From an uncultured cyanobacterium (GTDB lineage Bacteria > Cyanobacteriota > Cyanobacteriia > PCC-6307 > Cyanobiaceae), in NCBI GenBank assembly GCA_963765575.1, contig CAVXWZ010000008.1:1-64000 (forward strand): a DNA stretch of 64,000 nucleotides, given 5' to 3'. Made by a program: the position numbers and the translations under genes. Position 1 is the first letter of the stretch, and each line of letters opens with the position of its first letter. The notes beneath the pieces are model-generated. The model worked only from the letters and a program-made list of their open reading frames with translations. It ran no database searches and was not told the origin of the DNA. Of the stretch, positions 28,163-39,391 are shown in pieces.

Positions 28163-29861
28163 TCAGCGGGAGAACAGCAGCGGCCTCGGCGTTGCCTTGC
28201 CGCTGCCGCGCCAGTGCTGGGTCTGCAGCCAGATCACGCCCTGGCAGAAGGCATCCACCAGGTCGTCGTGAGCGGCATTGGGGAAGCCGAGCAGTTCGGT
28301 GATCAGGGCGTCGTTGCCGCTGCGGAAGGCCAGCTGGCCGGCCTCGAGCAGCGGGGCCACGGCATGGGCTCGGCTCACCTTGCTGCCTTGAGGCCGCACA
28401 GCGATCAGGCCGGGGATCTGGCGCCGGAGCAGCTGGCAGACGGCTGGGCCATTGGCGGCGTCCTCGATCAGCACCGCATCGGGACTCAGACCTTGGCCCA
28501 GCGATGCCAGGGTTTGGCTGAGGAACTTCACCACGCCCGGCAGATCGAGGCGGTGGTGCTGGCTCCAGAGCACCTCGATCCGGTGAGAGCAGCCTCCCTG
28601 TTGAATTGCTGGGGCCGTGGCCGGCATCGATGGCATGGGCTGCGACGGGGGCCGCACCCGGGCGGCACTGGGGTGCAGGTGCTCACCCCTGGCCTTCGCC
28701 TGGGCGACGGGATGGCGGGAGTCCGGGTCCGGCAGCAGGCCCAGCAGGCAGAAGCCGCAGTAGTCGTTCTCCTGCCCGCCCTTGAAGCTCAGGTCGCAGC
28801 TCAGCACCACTGCCGCAAAGGGCCGCTGACCAGGTCGCCCGCCTGGACCGGGCGCAGAGGTGCCCGTGCAGCGTGCGGATCCAGGAGCGCTGAAACAGCA
28901 AGCCCTCCGCCGGGGAGGGGCGCTGTTGGTAGAGGGCGTTCCACCAGTAGCTGCCGGCGCGGATGCGGATCTGCTCGAGTTCTGCGGGCGGGAACCGCTC
29001 GGGGCAGAGGGCCTCGCCCGGCTCCCGCCAGTCCGGCTCCAGGCTGCAGCTGGCCGGGAAGACCAGTTGCTGTTGCTTGGGTTCGGCGATGGCCGGCAGA
29101 TTCAGCACATGCCAGTGCTGGGGCGCATCGCCCGCTTCCTGCTCCAGCAGCCAGCCGATCAGGTCGTCCTGGTGCCAGCGGGTGAGCACCACAACCTGGG
29201 CGGCCCCTGCAGGACCCCGTTGCGAGGGCCCCTCGGGGGCCGGTTCGGCGCGGGTGAGCCACACCGACTGGAACCACTCGATCAGCTTCTGGCGCTGGCC
29301 CGCGGAGTTGGCGTCCTCCGGACCCTTGTAGGGGTCATCGATGATCCCCAGGGCATAGCCCTTGCCGGTGAAGGGGCCGCGCACACCGGCGGCGATGCAG
29401 CCGCCGCGCTCGGGGGTGAGCCAGTTGCCGACGGCGGTGGAGTCCCTGGAGAGGGCATGGCCGCAGGCCCGGTAGTAATGCCGCGCCTCACGGCTGTGGG
29501 CATAGGCCAGCTCAGCCGAGTAGGAGGCGATGGCGCAGAAGCGCATCGGGTAGCGGCTCACCCAGTAGGCGGGGAACAGCTTGGAGACCAGCAGTGATTT
29601 GCCCAGCCGCGGCGGGCAGCAGACGATCAGACGGTTGAGATCTCCATCGGCCACGCGCTGCAGCAGGGCGATCAGGCGCTCGGCCCAGGTGTGGAAGGCG
29701 TAGCCGGGATAAGCGGCCACGATGAAATCGCGGAAGGCCTGCTGGAGGTGGCGCTGCTGCTGCCGATCTGGATCAGGCACGCCCAGCAGGCCCCAGTCGG
29801 CCCAGAGGTCGGTGGCTGGATCAAGCAGCAGGCCAGCAGTTGCAGCGGCAGGAGAACTCAA
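28163..29861 (-). CDS. terL: Phage terminase large subunit (frameshift ~28830-28860)
   Basis: PPRLGKS Walker A, GIIDDP Walker B, LTRWHQDDL, ALYQQRP, SCDLSFK, LIED.ANG, FP.A.HDD.VDA. Confidence 0.9.
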
Positions 29862-30379
29862 GGTCGGCTCTCCGGTGGCTTGATCGGCGCCCGCAGCAGG
29901 CCACCGATCTCAGCGATCACCCGGAAGGCGCCGACGGCCGCTGAAAACTGATCGGCGTCCATGGCCCGCCGGGCGCAGTCGTTGAGGGCAAAGATCTGCT
30001 CGGCCTGGTGTCGGCGCCGGTCGGAGATGAGTTCTTCCACCATCCGCTCGCGGGCGAGGTTCAGATAGCGATTGATGGTCTGGCTGTTGTTCACCCCCCA
30101 GCTTTCACGACCTTTTTCGTAGATCAGGGCCAGCGGAATCCGCTGGGCGATCCACAACTGAGCCTCGGCGACGCGCCGCTCCACCTCCAGCCGCGAGGGC
30201 CTCGGTGGCCGTTGGGCCGCCATGCCCTTCGGGCGGCGTGGGGGGTTGGCATGACCGATCGGCCGAGCGGGATCGGTGGGCTCATAAAGCGGCTGGCCGT
30301 TGTCGTCTTCTGCGCTGGCAGCGCAGCGCAGGTCCTCCACCGGATCGGCAGGCACCTGGCAGTGGGAGCGCAAGGGCAT
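29858..30379 (-). CDS. Probable terminase small subunit (helical DNA-binding protein)
   Basis: Directly upstream of and overlapping terL; HTH-like WGV..TINRYL..AR then helical hairpin. Confidence 0.5.
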   Translation of the reverse strand: MPLRSHCQVPADPVEDLRCAASAEDDNGQPLYEPTDPARPIGHANPPRRPKGMAAQRPPRPSRLEVERRVAEAQLWIAQRIPLALIYEKGRESWGVNNSQTINRYLNLARERMVEELISDRRRHQAEQIFALNDCARRAMDADQFSAAVGAFRVIAEIGGLLRAPIKPPESRP

Positions 30380-30383
30380 CGGC

Positions 30384-30752
30384 TCAGAGCGGCAGGGCCT
30401 GTGCCTTGGGCGCTCGGATGGTCCAGAAGGGCCTGCCGCGCTTCTCGGTGGCGCTGCCCTGCTGGATCGCCGCATCACGGGCGGCCTTGAGCTGCTGCTC
30501 GATCTGCTGCACCGCCAGGGGGAAGTCGTAGCTCAGCCGACCCGGGTTGTGGGTGAACGCCCAGTCGTTGTGCGAGAACGCCGGATCCAGCTCACCGGCG
30601 TCCATCGCCGCGCTGAGCGCCTCGAGCAGGGGTTCGAGCTCCTGCTCCAGTTGCTTCTGCTGCGCCTTGAGCGCGGTGACGGCATCGAGCAGGGCCTCGA
30701 TTGGCTCCGCCGCCGGAACAGCGGCATCAGCGGCGGCAGGGGCGATGGTCAT
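30384..30752 (-). CDS. Phage hypothetical coiled-coil protein
   Basis: Clean ORF ending in A..K.G.PFWTIR motif. Confidence 0.6.
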   Translation of the reverse strand: MTIAPAAADAAVPAAEPIEALLDAVTALKAQQKQLEQELEPLLEALSAAMDAGELDPAFSHNDWAFTHNPGRLSYDFPLAVQQIEQQLKAARDAAIQQGSATEKRGRPFWTIRAPKAQALPL

Positions 30753-30813
30753 GACGGCCGGCACAGCAACAAGCAGGCCAGGGGAATGGAGCCTGGCGAT
30801 CAGCTCACTGTAT

Positions 30814-30858
30814 GGGCTCTGCTCTTTGAGCCGCAATCACAGCAGCTGTTAATTCCTA
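30814..30858 (-). promoter_or_regulatory. Element-specific promoter/operator motif, copy 1
   Basis: TAGGAATTAACAGCTGC..TGCGGCT..AGCCC, 33/45 ungapped identity to 40117-40161. Confidence 0.6.
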
Positions 30859-30876
30859 ATGGGTGCTGGTTGAGGC

Positions 30877-31567
30877 TCAGAAGGGTCTGTGGGCCAGGCA
30901 GTAGCGGCTCCAGGCGGCGGCCCAGGCCGCCAGGCACTGCTCACGGCTGTAGAAGGTGCTCGGCAAACGCCTCGCCCGGCTTGCTCCAGATCGTCTGGCC
31001 CAGCTCGTAGACGTTCCCCTGAGCAGCCTCCAGCACCATGTAGCCCCCCAGCTGGGCGGCAGTGGAATAGGGCCGCCCGTGGGCGGAGAGGGTCTTGAGG
31101 TCGTAGAGCACCCGCACCTCGCGGCCCCGGCGCTCGCTGAGGGCCGGTGAGATGTAGGCGCCGTCAAAGGCGCCGGCCACGTTGCGGCTGAGGCAGCAGC
31201 TGAGCCGTTCGCTGGCGATCACCTGCACCTCCTCCCAGAGCGGCAGCTGCAGCAGCGGCAGGATCCAGTCCCGGTAGGCGTGATGCCCCGGCAGCTCCTC
31301 CACCGCCAGCAGGGCATCGGCCTGGCCACAGCCCACCAGGAAGCGGGCCTGGCTGTAGCGCTCCAGGGCCGCATGCACCGTCACCCCACGCGGCTCCCAG
31401 ACGGGCCGCGTGGCCTCGATCGCCCGGCGGGCCGTGGCACTGAGGCCATGGGCCAGCACGCCGGTGATCGACACCGGGAACAGGTGATCGCCCAGCCAGT
31501 AGCGGTGGGCCGCCTCATCCCGCCACAGGCCGGGGATGGGATCAAGCCAGGTGCTGGTGGTCAGCAT
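30877..31567 (-). CDS. PD-(D/E)XK phage exonuclease-like protein (frameshift near 3' end)
   Basis: HRY...SIT.VL, RG..VH..LE, AG.FD, DLKT, QLGGY. Confidence 0.7.
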
Positions 31568-31589
31568 GGCCGTTGCACCAGCAACCCGG

Positions 31590-31850
31590 TGTGACAGAGC
31601 GCGTCACGTCCCAGATCCCGCTCGGCAGCAGAGATCTGGAGCAGCCCCCGCTTGAGTAACCATCTTATCTATCAATAAAGGCATTAGCAAGCAGCAGGGA
31701 GTCAGGGAGAGGGGGTGAATCGGGGGGTGTGAGTAGGAGGGTGTCTCTCCCCCCAGCCAAATCGTCACGCTGTTACAGCCACCGAGATCGACTGCACTGC
31801 AGCTGGTCTGGCCATAACTGCAGGGTGTTTCCGGCGCTTGTCGCAAGGAC
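31590..31850. other. Candidate replication origin of the element
   Basis: Non-coding gap after the primase-helicase with GT(C/T)AC-type repeats in both orientations, CCAGATC/GATCTGG hairpin and an AT-rich patch. Confidence 0.4.
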
Positions 31851-31858
31851 ATGGGCGC

Positions 31859-34572
31859 TCAGAGAACCGCCAGGGGGATGGCCACCGCGCGTGTGACCAT
31901 GCCGGCGCCGCAGAAGCGCACCGGCCCCCGGCGCTGGGCGCCACTGAGGCGCAGCAGCAGCACCGACCAGCCATGGGCCCAGGCCGTTTCCCGCAGGATC
32001 ACTCCGATCGGCTGGGCCGTGTTGCTCACCAGCAGTTGGTCCTGCTCCAGCCGGAGACCCTGGCGAGCCAGGGTCTGGGCCGCCAGCTCGGCGCTGATCT
32101 CCAGGTCGTGGTCCTGGTGGGCCGCCAGCTCCACCAGCTCGCCGATGGTGCGGGTCACGGTGCGATCGGCGCACTCCACCCTGGCGGGGTACTGCAGGAT
32201 CATCTGCAGGCAGCGCTGCTCATCGGCCAGCTCGGTGCTCTGGCTGTAGCTCTCCCACTCGTGGGAAGCGATGCAGAGCTCGGCCTCCGCTTCTGTGGGG
32301 GCGACATCACTGAGCAGTGACCAGGCGCCCGCCAGCAGGGTGCCGTACTGATCGCCGAGGCGCTGGGAGTCGAAATGCCGCGCCGCCGCGCGGGTGAACA
32401 CCCCGGCGGCCTGACGGATCATCGGGATCAGGCCCACGGTGCGGGCGATCAGCCGCCGGCCCAGCTCTGGGGTGATGTGGCGCTCGAGGTCCCGATCCAA
32501 CCCAGCCCAGTGGGCCTCGCGTTCGGCTTTGGGCAGATCGGCGGGGTTGCGCAGGCTGAGCTGGGCAAAGCGGCTGTGGTCGGCCCCCTGCTTGAGGGCG
32601 GTGGCGATCGAACTGAGCAGGAACATCGAGCGCACCCGATAGCGGCTCACCTCACCGCTGGGAGAACCCTTGAGCAGGGCGGCGCCGCTCTCACTGCTGG
32701 CCACCCGCGCCAACGCCAGGATGCCCTGCATGCGCTGCTGATCCGGCCGCTCGTTGCTCTCGGCCTCGTCAAACACCACCGGCACCGCATCGGAGCCGAT
32801 CGACTGGCGCAGCCCCGCTTCTGTGGTGGAACCGCTCACCAGCAGGGCGAAGTCGCCCAGCAGGGGGGTGACGTAGCGATCGAGGATGGCGCTCTTGCCG
32901 GAACCGGCGCCGGCGGTGAGCCAGATGTGGGGTCGCCAGCGCAGCGAGCCGCAGATCGGGCCCAGCACCACCCAGCCCACCAGCAGGGTGCCGGAGGCCG
33001 GCACATCCCAGCGGAAGCGGTTGGCGATGCTCAACGATCACCGCCGCCTCCTGCACCGAAAGCGGTGCCACATCACCGGGCCCATCAAGGCGTGACATGC
33101 GCTGATAGACGAACCGCGAGCGATAGGGGGCCGTGATCGGCTGATCACCGTCCGGGGTGACCAGGCGATCACCGAGATGCAGCAGCGGCCGGCCGTCGTC
33201 CCACCAGGCCCCGCGGCCGCGGATGCGCTCCGGGCAGAAGAGGCCGGCGGCGATCGAGCGCTCGTAGAGGTCGCTGGCCACCGCCGCCCAGTTCACCCCC
33301 GTGCGGCTGGGGTAGAGGGTTTCCCAGTGGGCCAGCGGTGCCAGGGCCACCAGGTGGGTGGCGGTGTGGGCGGAGCGGGCCAGGCGCAGCACCTGGCCGC
33401 TGCGGCCGGAGCGGTAGTAGCTGGCCTCACCGTCGTAGCCGAGGCACTGAAACGGAGCCCTGGAGGGTGCGGTGGCCTGAGCCTCGGCTGCCGGCGTTGG
33501 GGTGTCGCCTGCCTCCTCTACCTCTATGCCGCTGAGCTGGTGATCCTCCGGGTTGAGCCATGGCTTCAGCCACTGCTGCAGGTGTTCGGCCGCCTGGGTG
33601 GAGCTCCAGTCGGCATCGGCCAGATCCCAACCCTGGGGCAGATCGGCTGGCGGTTCCACCAGCTGCAGCCGGCAGCCCTGCTCGGCGAGCAGAGCGGCCA
33701 GCCGCGTCATCGCCTTGCGGCCCGGTGCATCGGCATCGGGCCAGAGCGTCACCGATCGCCCCGCCAGCGGACTCCAGTCGGTCTTGGCGATGGCGTTGGT
33801 GCCGTTGACCCAGCTGATCACCACCTGCTCCGGGAAGAGAGCCGCCGCGGCATCGGCTGTGCCCTCACCCTCCACCACCAGCACCGAAGCGTTGGGACGT
33901 TGGCTCAGGCCCGCCAGGCCGTAGAGGGGCCTGGGCGCAGGCCACTCACATGAGAAGGGGTCGCGGCGGCTGGGCCGGTGCCAGCCACCATCGAGCCACA
34001 CCCGATGCAGGAAGGCCTTACGGCTGCTGCGGCCGCCAGCACAGGCGCTGGATCCAGAACAACTGCGCGCCGCTGGCGTCGCAGTAGCACCACTGGGCGA
34101 TGGCGCCTTGAGCCAGGGCAGGCGGCGAGGCATCGGCTGGCGGCACCTCGGGTTGGCGCCAGGGCCGGCCGCCATGGCCGGGAAGCCCAGTCGCTGCAGC
34201 TGGTGCTGCTGCCGGCCTGCCGCAGGAGCCGTTGGCAGAGGCAGCGGGCTGGGGGCGGTGACGGACATCCGCTTCCGGCACCAGGCCCAGGTAGCTCTCC
34301 ACCTCCTGGCAGGCCTGGCGGAAGCTCCAGTGGCGCACCCGCATCAGCAGGTCCATCCCCGAGCCAGCGCCGCCCAGGTGGTTTTTGCCGCCGCACTGGT
34401 TGCAGAACCAGGAACCGCTGCCGTCTTTGTCGTCAAAGCGGTAGCGATCCCGGCCGCCGCAGATGGGGCAGGGCTGATGGCGGTTGCACAGCTGCTCGGG
34501 CCGCAGCCCGGCCAGAGCGCTGAGGATCTCGCACCAGCGGCCCGTAGCCGCGGTGATCAGGTCGGTTGCCAT
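31859..34572 (-). CDS. P4-alpha-like primase-helicase (Zn ribbon + TOPRIM + P-loop), frameshifted
   Basis: HQPCPICGGRDRYRFDD.DG.GSWFCNQCG; VVEGE..ADA, WPDADAPG, GWDLAD; AGSGKS, FDEAE. Confidence 0.88.
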
Positions 34573-34587
34573 GGGTGTCGCCTCAGA

Positions 34588-34785
34588 TCAGCGCTGGGCA
34601 GCGACCGTGGCCAGGAGAGCCGGGGAAGGCCCACCGGCACCCCCCTGCTCCGCGGCGATGGTGGCATCGAGCACCTGCCGTAGCGCCGCCGAGCGGCTGA
34701 GGGCGCCGTGGCGGCGACGCTGGTCAAGCCAAGCCAACTGCTCCTCGGTGATCGAGAAGCTCAGAGGTGGAGCAAAGGAAGCCAT
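34588..34785 (-). CDS. Ribbon-helix-helix (CopG-like) regulator
   Basis: LSFSITEEQLAWLD....SRSAALRQVL. Confidence 0.6.
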   Translation of the reverse strand: MASFAPPLSFSITEEQLAWLDQRRRHGALSRSAALRQVLDATIAAEQGGAGGPSPALLATVAAQR

Positions 34786-34888
34786 ATCAGCTAGGAATCT
34801 GCAGTGCAGCCTAAGGGCACAGGGCAAGGCTTGATAACCTGAACCTTGCTGAGCGGCGCGTCTCAGTGCCAAGCCTGTCGTTCCCTCC

Positions 34889-36358
34889 ATGGCCCAGATC
34901 GTCCTGCGCGACTACCAGCAACACCTGCTCGCCGATCTCCGCGCCGCCCTCAGAGACCCACCGGCGGGTCTGCGCTGTCATGCCCACCGGCGCCGGCAAG
35001 GGCCAGACGATCGGCGCGATCGCCCGCGGCGCTGCCGGCAAGGGCCGGCGGGTGCTGGTGCTGGCCCACCGGGCTGAGCTGATCGAGCAGCTCACCGGCA
35101 CCGTGCGGGCCTGGGGGCTGGAGCCCGACGTGATCGCCCCCGGCCACCGGCTGCAGGGCCGGCAGGTCGCCGTGGGCTCGGTGCAGACCGTGGCCCGGCG
35201 CCTGGCCCAGCTGCCGCCGCCGGATCTGATCATTCAGGACGAGGCCCACCACCTGGTGGCCGGCAACATCTGGGGCCGGATCATCAACGCCTGGCCAGGC
35301 GCCCATCTGATCGGCAAGACCGCCACCCCCGAGCGGCTCGATGGCAAAGGGTTGGGCGTGGAGGCCGGCGGCTTCTTTGAAGCCTTGGTGCTGGGGCCTT
35401 CAGCGGCCTGGCTGGTGGAGCAGGGCTGGCTGGCCCGGCCCAAAGTCTTCTCCTGGCCAGGCGCCCGCAACAGCCAGGGGCATAGCCCCGGGGGGCAGGA
35501 CCCCGAGGGGCATAGCCCCGAACTCCGCCAGCGGATGGGGGAGTTCGATCTCGAGCAGGCGGCCCACGCCTTTGGGAATCGGGCCGCCATCGGCGATGCC
35601 GTCTCGCATTACCGGCGCCGGCTGCACCCGGCCACGGCCATCTGCTTCTGCTGCACCATCGAGCATGCCGAGCAAATGGCGACTGCGTTCCGTGCCGATG
35701 GCATCCGGGCTGCGGCGGTGAGCGGCAGCACCCCCGCCGAGGAGAGGAGGCGCCTGATCGCCGGGCTGGGCACGGGTGAGGTGGAGGTTCTCACCAGCTG
35801 CATGATCATTTCCGAGGGCACCGACATCCCCTCGGTGGGCGGCGCGATCCTGATGCGCCCCACCGCCAGCCTCAGCCTCTATCTGCAGATGGTCGGCCGC
35901 GCCCTGCGGCCCGCACCCGGCAAGCACGAGGCGGTGATCCTCGATCATGTCGGCAACGCCCACCGCCATGGCCTGCCCACCGATGAGCGGCAGTGGAACC
36001 TGGCCGGAAGGCGGCGCCGGGAAGGTGTCTCCATCCCGATCAAGGACTGCCCGCTCTGTTTCTGCAGTTGTCCCAGTGCTGCGCAGGTGTGCCCGGACTG
36101 CGGCCACCTGTTCCTGACCGAGCGAGCGCGATGAGCAGCGGCGCGGGATCCAGCAACTGGAGGGCGAGCTGGTTGAAGTCAAGGGAGCAGCCCGCCACCG
36201 GCCCCAATCCAACCAGCAGCAGAGGCCCCGGCGCACGCACCCAGCAGCCGGCTGCCGCACCTTCGAGCAGCTGCTGGAGCGGGAGCACGAGCGGGGCTAC
36301 AAGAGCGGCTGGGCCAGGCATGTGTGGGCGGCCAGGCAGCGAAGTACTTAATCCCTGA
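34889..36358 (+). CDS. Phage SF2 DEAD/DEAH helicase with C-terminal Zn finger (frameshifts)
   Basis: LRDYQ, PTGAGK, DEAHH, TATPERLDG, QMVGRALR, CPxC..CPDCG, ERGYKSGWA. Confidence 0.9.
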
Positions 36359-36794
36359 CTGGCTTGCCGCCTGCTCCCAGGAGTTCAGCCTCCAGGCCCA
36401 GCTGTTGGGCCGCGGCCACAAACGGAGCATCCAGGCTGCAGAGGGTGGCGCCACGGCCGCTGGCGATGGCCAGGTGCAAGGCGTCGGCCGCTCGCAGGGA
36501 CGTGCTCCAGCCGCGCAGGCAGGCGTTGGCATTGCGGAAGTCCTGCGACTCCAGTTCCAGCACCAGCAGGCCCGGCGCCAGGCTGCGCTCATAACCCTGC
36601 AGCACCGCCTCGGCTTGGGCCTGGGTTAGGGCCTTGGTGCGCACCTTCAGGCCGAGGGCGGAATGCAGCTCAGTGACACTCCATGAGCTGATCGCCAGCG
36701 GTGCACTGGCCTCAGCGAGAAACGCCGTCGCCGTGGCGGAATGCGCTTCCGGCGTCAGCACCGCCAGCAGCACGCAAGTGTCGATGTAGAGCAT
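36348..36794 (-). CDS. vapC: VapC PIN-domain toxin
   Basis: YIDTCVL, TELHSAL, LRAADALHLAIA..LD. Confidence 0.88.
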   Translation of the reverse strand: MLYIDTCVLLAVLTPEAHSATATAFLAEASAPLAISSWSVTELHSALGLKVRTKALTQAQAEAVLQGYERSLAPGLLVLELESQDFRNANACLRGWSTSLRAADALHLAIASGRGATLCSLDAPFVAAAQQLGLEAELLGAGGKPVRD

Positions 36795-37030
36795 CAGGCG
36801 CCGGGCTCATCCCGCAACGCCCGCATGGTCTCCACGCCGCTGGTCGGCTGCTCAGGCAAGGAGGCGCGCAGGGCCTCGAGTTGCGGCAGCAGATCACGGA
36901 CGCTGCAACGCGGCACCAGCTCGGCGATGGCCTTGCCGCGGCGGGTGATCACCACCGCCTGCCCAGCCTCCACCGCATCCAGAAGGCTGGAGAGCTGGGT
37001 CTTGGCTTCTGCCACCGTCACCTGCACCAT
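36794..37030 (-). CDS. Phd/YefM-family antitoxin
   Basis: VTVAEAKTQLSSLLDAVEAGQAVVITRRGKAIAELVP; overlaps vapC start. Confidence 0.9.
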   Translation of the reverse strand: MVQVTVAEAKTQLSSLLDAVEAGQAVVITRRGKAIAELVPRCSVRDLLPQLEALRASLPEQPTSGVETMRALRDEPGA

Positions 37031-37233
37031 GGCCGTTGACCACCTAGATGACCAACTCTAGGCCGGGTGCGCGGCACAGAAGCAGGGGGCATGGCCTTCT
37101 CCCAGCGAGCACGACAACCAACCATCGACTCAGCCGCTCGTCAGCGCAGCACTTGCTCCCTACTGGGATGGCTACGCGCGGTCAGAGGCCTTAGCACTGA
37201 CAGCATTGCCGTCAGCGCAAGCGAGAGTCGTCA

Positions 37234-37470
37234 ATGACCACGCTCACGATCCGCAACCTCGACGAGCACACCAAGGAGCAGCTGCGCATTCAGGCCGCCC
37301 GCCATGGTCGATCGATGGAGGAGGAAGCCCGCACGATCCTCCGCTCCGCCCTCGAAGCCCGGCAGCCCCCCGCAGGTGGCAAGGGCCTGGGCAGTCGCAT
37401 CCATGCACACTTCGCCCTGCTCGGCGGCGTGGAGCTGGAGCTGACTGAGTCCTCCTCGCCAACCCTTTAA
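37234..37470 (+). CDS. FitA-like ribbon-helix-helix antitoxin (orphan)
   Basis: TLTIRNLDE..K.QLRIQAARHGRSMEEEAR.IL; no PIN partner downstream. Confidence 0.85.
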   Translation: MTTLTIRNLDEHTKEQLRIQAARHGRSMEEEARTILRSALEARQPPAGGKGLGSRIHAHFALLGGVELELTESSSPTL

Positions 37471-37967
37471 CCGCCGGCGATGCCCTGCAGATCCTTGAGC
37501 AGCACGAACAGGTGCAGCGGGTCAGTGGGCGAGGGCCGGAAGCCGAAATGCTCGTAGAAACCTCGGGCCCGTTCATCTTTGGCATGCACCGCCATGGCGC
37601 GGATGCCGGCGATATCGGCCGCCGCCAGCGTCCGAACGATCGCGTCTTTCAGCAAGGCGGCGCCAAGGCCCTTCCCCTGGTGCTCAACCGCCACGGCCAG
37701 CCGGGCCAGCACCATCAGCGGAATCGGATGCCGCGCCAACCCCTTGCTGATCCGCTCTGGTGCCTGCTCTGGACTCACCTCACCTACCACCAGGGTGTGG
37801 AAGCCAACGACGACGTTGCCATCCAGCGCCACGTAGGTGCGGCTGGCCCGCGCTCGCTGATTCGCCAGGGCAAAGCGGACCAGGAAGCGGTTCAGGGGTT
37901 CCTCACCACAATCAAAGGCCTCCAAGGCATGGTTGGCCTGGAGCGGTTCGATCCGGTAGCGGCTCAC
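37467..37967 (-). CDS. GNAT acetyltransferase toxin (TacT/AtaT-like)
   Basis: FDCGEEPLNRFL, LARLAV...QGKGLG, A.GFYEHFGF. Confidence 0.9.
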   Translation of the reverse strand: MSRYRIEPLQANHALEAFDCGEEPLNRFLVRFALANQRARASRTYVALDGNVVVGFHTLVVGEVSPEQAPERISKGLARHPIPLMVLARLAVAVEHQGKGLGAALLKDAIVRTLAAADIAGIRAMAVHAKDERARGFYEHFGFRPSPTDPLHLFVLLKDLQGIAGG

Positions 37968-38278
37968 TCGGCGCCACCAGCAGGCGGCTGTTCCGCAACA
38001 CCCCGCTCCAGCACGCTCGGCTCCAGCAGCAACCGCGCCAGCCGCGGATGCTGCTGGGGTGGAGCATCCAGGGCGGCCACGAAAGCCTCCCACTGCTGCC
38101 CATCGAGCTGGAAGCTCTGCCGATCAGCCAGGGTTTCGGCCGCGCTGGCCAGGGCGCTCTCCAACACAAACTCACTCACGCTGCACTGGGCCGCCGCGGC
38201 TGCCCGCTGCAGGGTCTGCTTGGCACCGGGCGTCAGCCGCAGGTCAAGCTTCTCGCTTCTCAAAGGAGCTGAGGTCAT
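37964..38278 (-). CDS. DUF1778 (TacA/AtaR-like) antitoxin
   Basis: LDLRL...K..L.RAA.....VSEFVLESAL..A, W..F..ALD.PP. Confidence 0.9.
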   Translation of the reverse strand: MTSAPLRSEKLDLRLTPGAKQTLQRAAAAAQCSVSEFVLESALASAAETLADRQSFQLDGQQWEAFVAALDAPPQQHPRLARLLLEPSVLERGVAEQPPAGGAE

Positions 38279-38397
38279 CACGGCACCGTCTTCCGCCACC
38301 TTAGCCCTGCCCGCCCGACAATGTCATGACAACTCCGCCGGTCCTTCACAGAATCGTCAGCAGCAATACGCTTTCACGGACTGGTAGCAGGAGCGCC

Positions 38398-38640
38398 ATG
38401 GCCTCCGTTTCAGCCGCAGAAGCCCGCAAGCGGCTCCACGCCCTGATTGACGAGGTGGAGCAGTCCCACGAGCCGGTGCTGATCATTGGGAAGCAGGGCA
38501 ACGCTGTTCTGCTGGGGGAAGATCACTGGCGCGCAATCTGGGAGACGCTCCATCTGGTCTCGATTCCCGGGATGCGCACGTCGATCCTCGATGGCATAGC
38601 CACCGAGGTGACTGAGTTGAGCCGAGAAGCGCTTTGGTGA
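38398..38640 (+). CDS. YefM-like antitoxin (orphan, no YoeB downstream)
   Basis: EARKRL.ALIDEV...HEPVLI.GK.GNAVL...W.AI.ETL.L.SIPGM. Confidence 0.85.
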   Translation: MASVSAAEARKRLHALIDEVEQSHEPVLIIGKQGNAVLLGEDHWRAIWETLHLVSIPGMRTSILDGIATEVTELSREALW

Positions 38641-38770
38641 CCTCGGTCGGCAGCAGCTGGCTGGCCGACCGAGCTATTGCCCGCCGAGGCAATTCGGCGA
38701 ATACCTGACACGTTTTGGCAAAACAGCCAATACCTGCCAATCGCTGACAACCAGCCCGGCAACAGGAGGC

Positions 38771-39149
38771 GTGGCCTCCTCCCCCAGCGAACACGAGATC
38801 CAGCAGCGCATCCGCCTGGCCTGCGGCCGCGGGGCGGTGCGGCTCTGGCGGAACAACACCGGCGGTCTGGTCGATCAGCAGGGGCGCTTCGTGCGCTTCG
38901 GGCTGTGCAGGGGCAGCAGCGACCTGATCGGCCTGCGGTCGCTGGAGGTGACGCCCGATCTGGTGGGTCAGCGGATCGCCCAGTTCGTCGCCCTGGAGAT
39001 CAAGACGCCCCATGGCGCCGTCAGCCCGTGAGCAGCGGGCGTTTCTGGAGCTGGTCGAGCAGCTCGGGGGTGTGGCGGCCGTCTGCCGCTCCGTCGAGGA
39101 GGCCGAGCAGGCGCTCGCCAAGAGGAGTCACACGCAGTCCTGCCGCTGA
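38771..39149 (+). CDS. VRR-NUC nuclease (frameshift ~39028)
   Basis: EHEIQ..IR, WRNNTG, GSSDLIG, ALEIKT, EQRAFL. Confidence 0.85.
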
Positions 39150-39328
39150 TGGATCCGGCGGAACTGCAGCGGCGGCTCAGGCGGCTGGCCCAGGCCCACC
39201 CCGGCGAGCACCCCTACACCCTGGCTTTGAGATTGCAGGTGGAGACAGGGAAGGTGATCACTGGCCAGCAGGCCAAGCACATCCTCAACAGGCTTGGTGA
39301 TGACCTGTCCAGACATACCAAGGCATGA
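39149..39328 (+). CDS. Small hypothetical protein (59 aa)
   Basis: ATG overlaps the VRR-NUC stop (TGATG); MDPAELQRRL... Confidence 0.45.
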   Translation: MDPAELQRRLRRLAQAHPGEHPYTLALRLQVETGKVITGQQAKHILNRLGDDLSRHTKA

Positions 39329-39391
39329 CAGGCTCTGGCTGCGCTTGCCAAGTTTGTATTAGCTTCCCGCTAAGAACTCGGAATTCAGATC

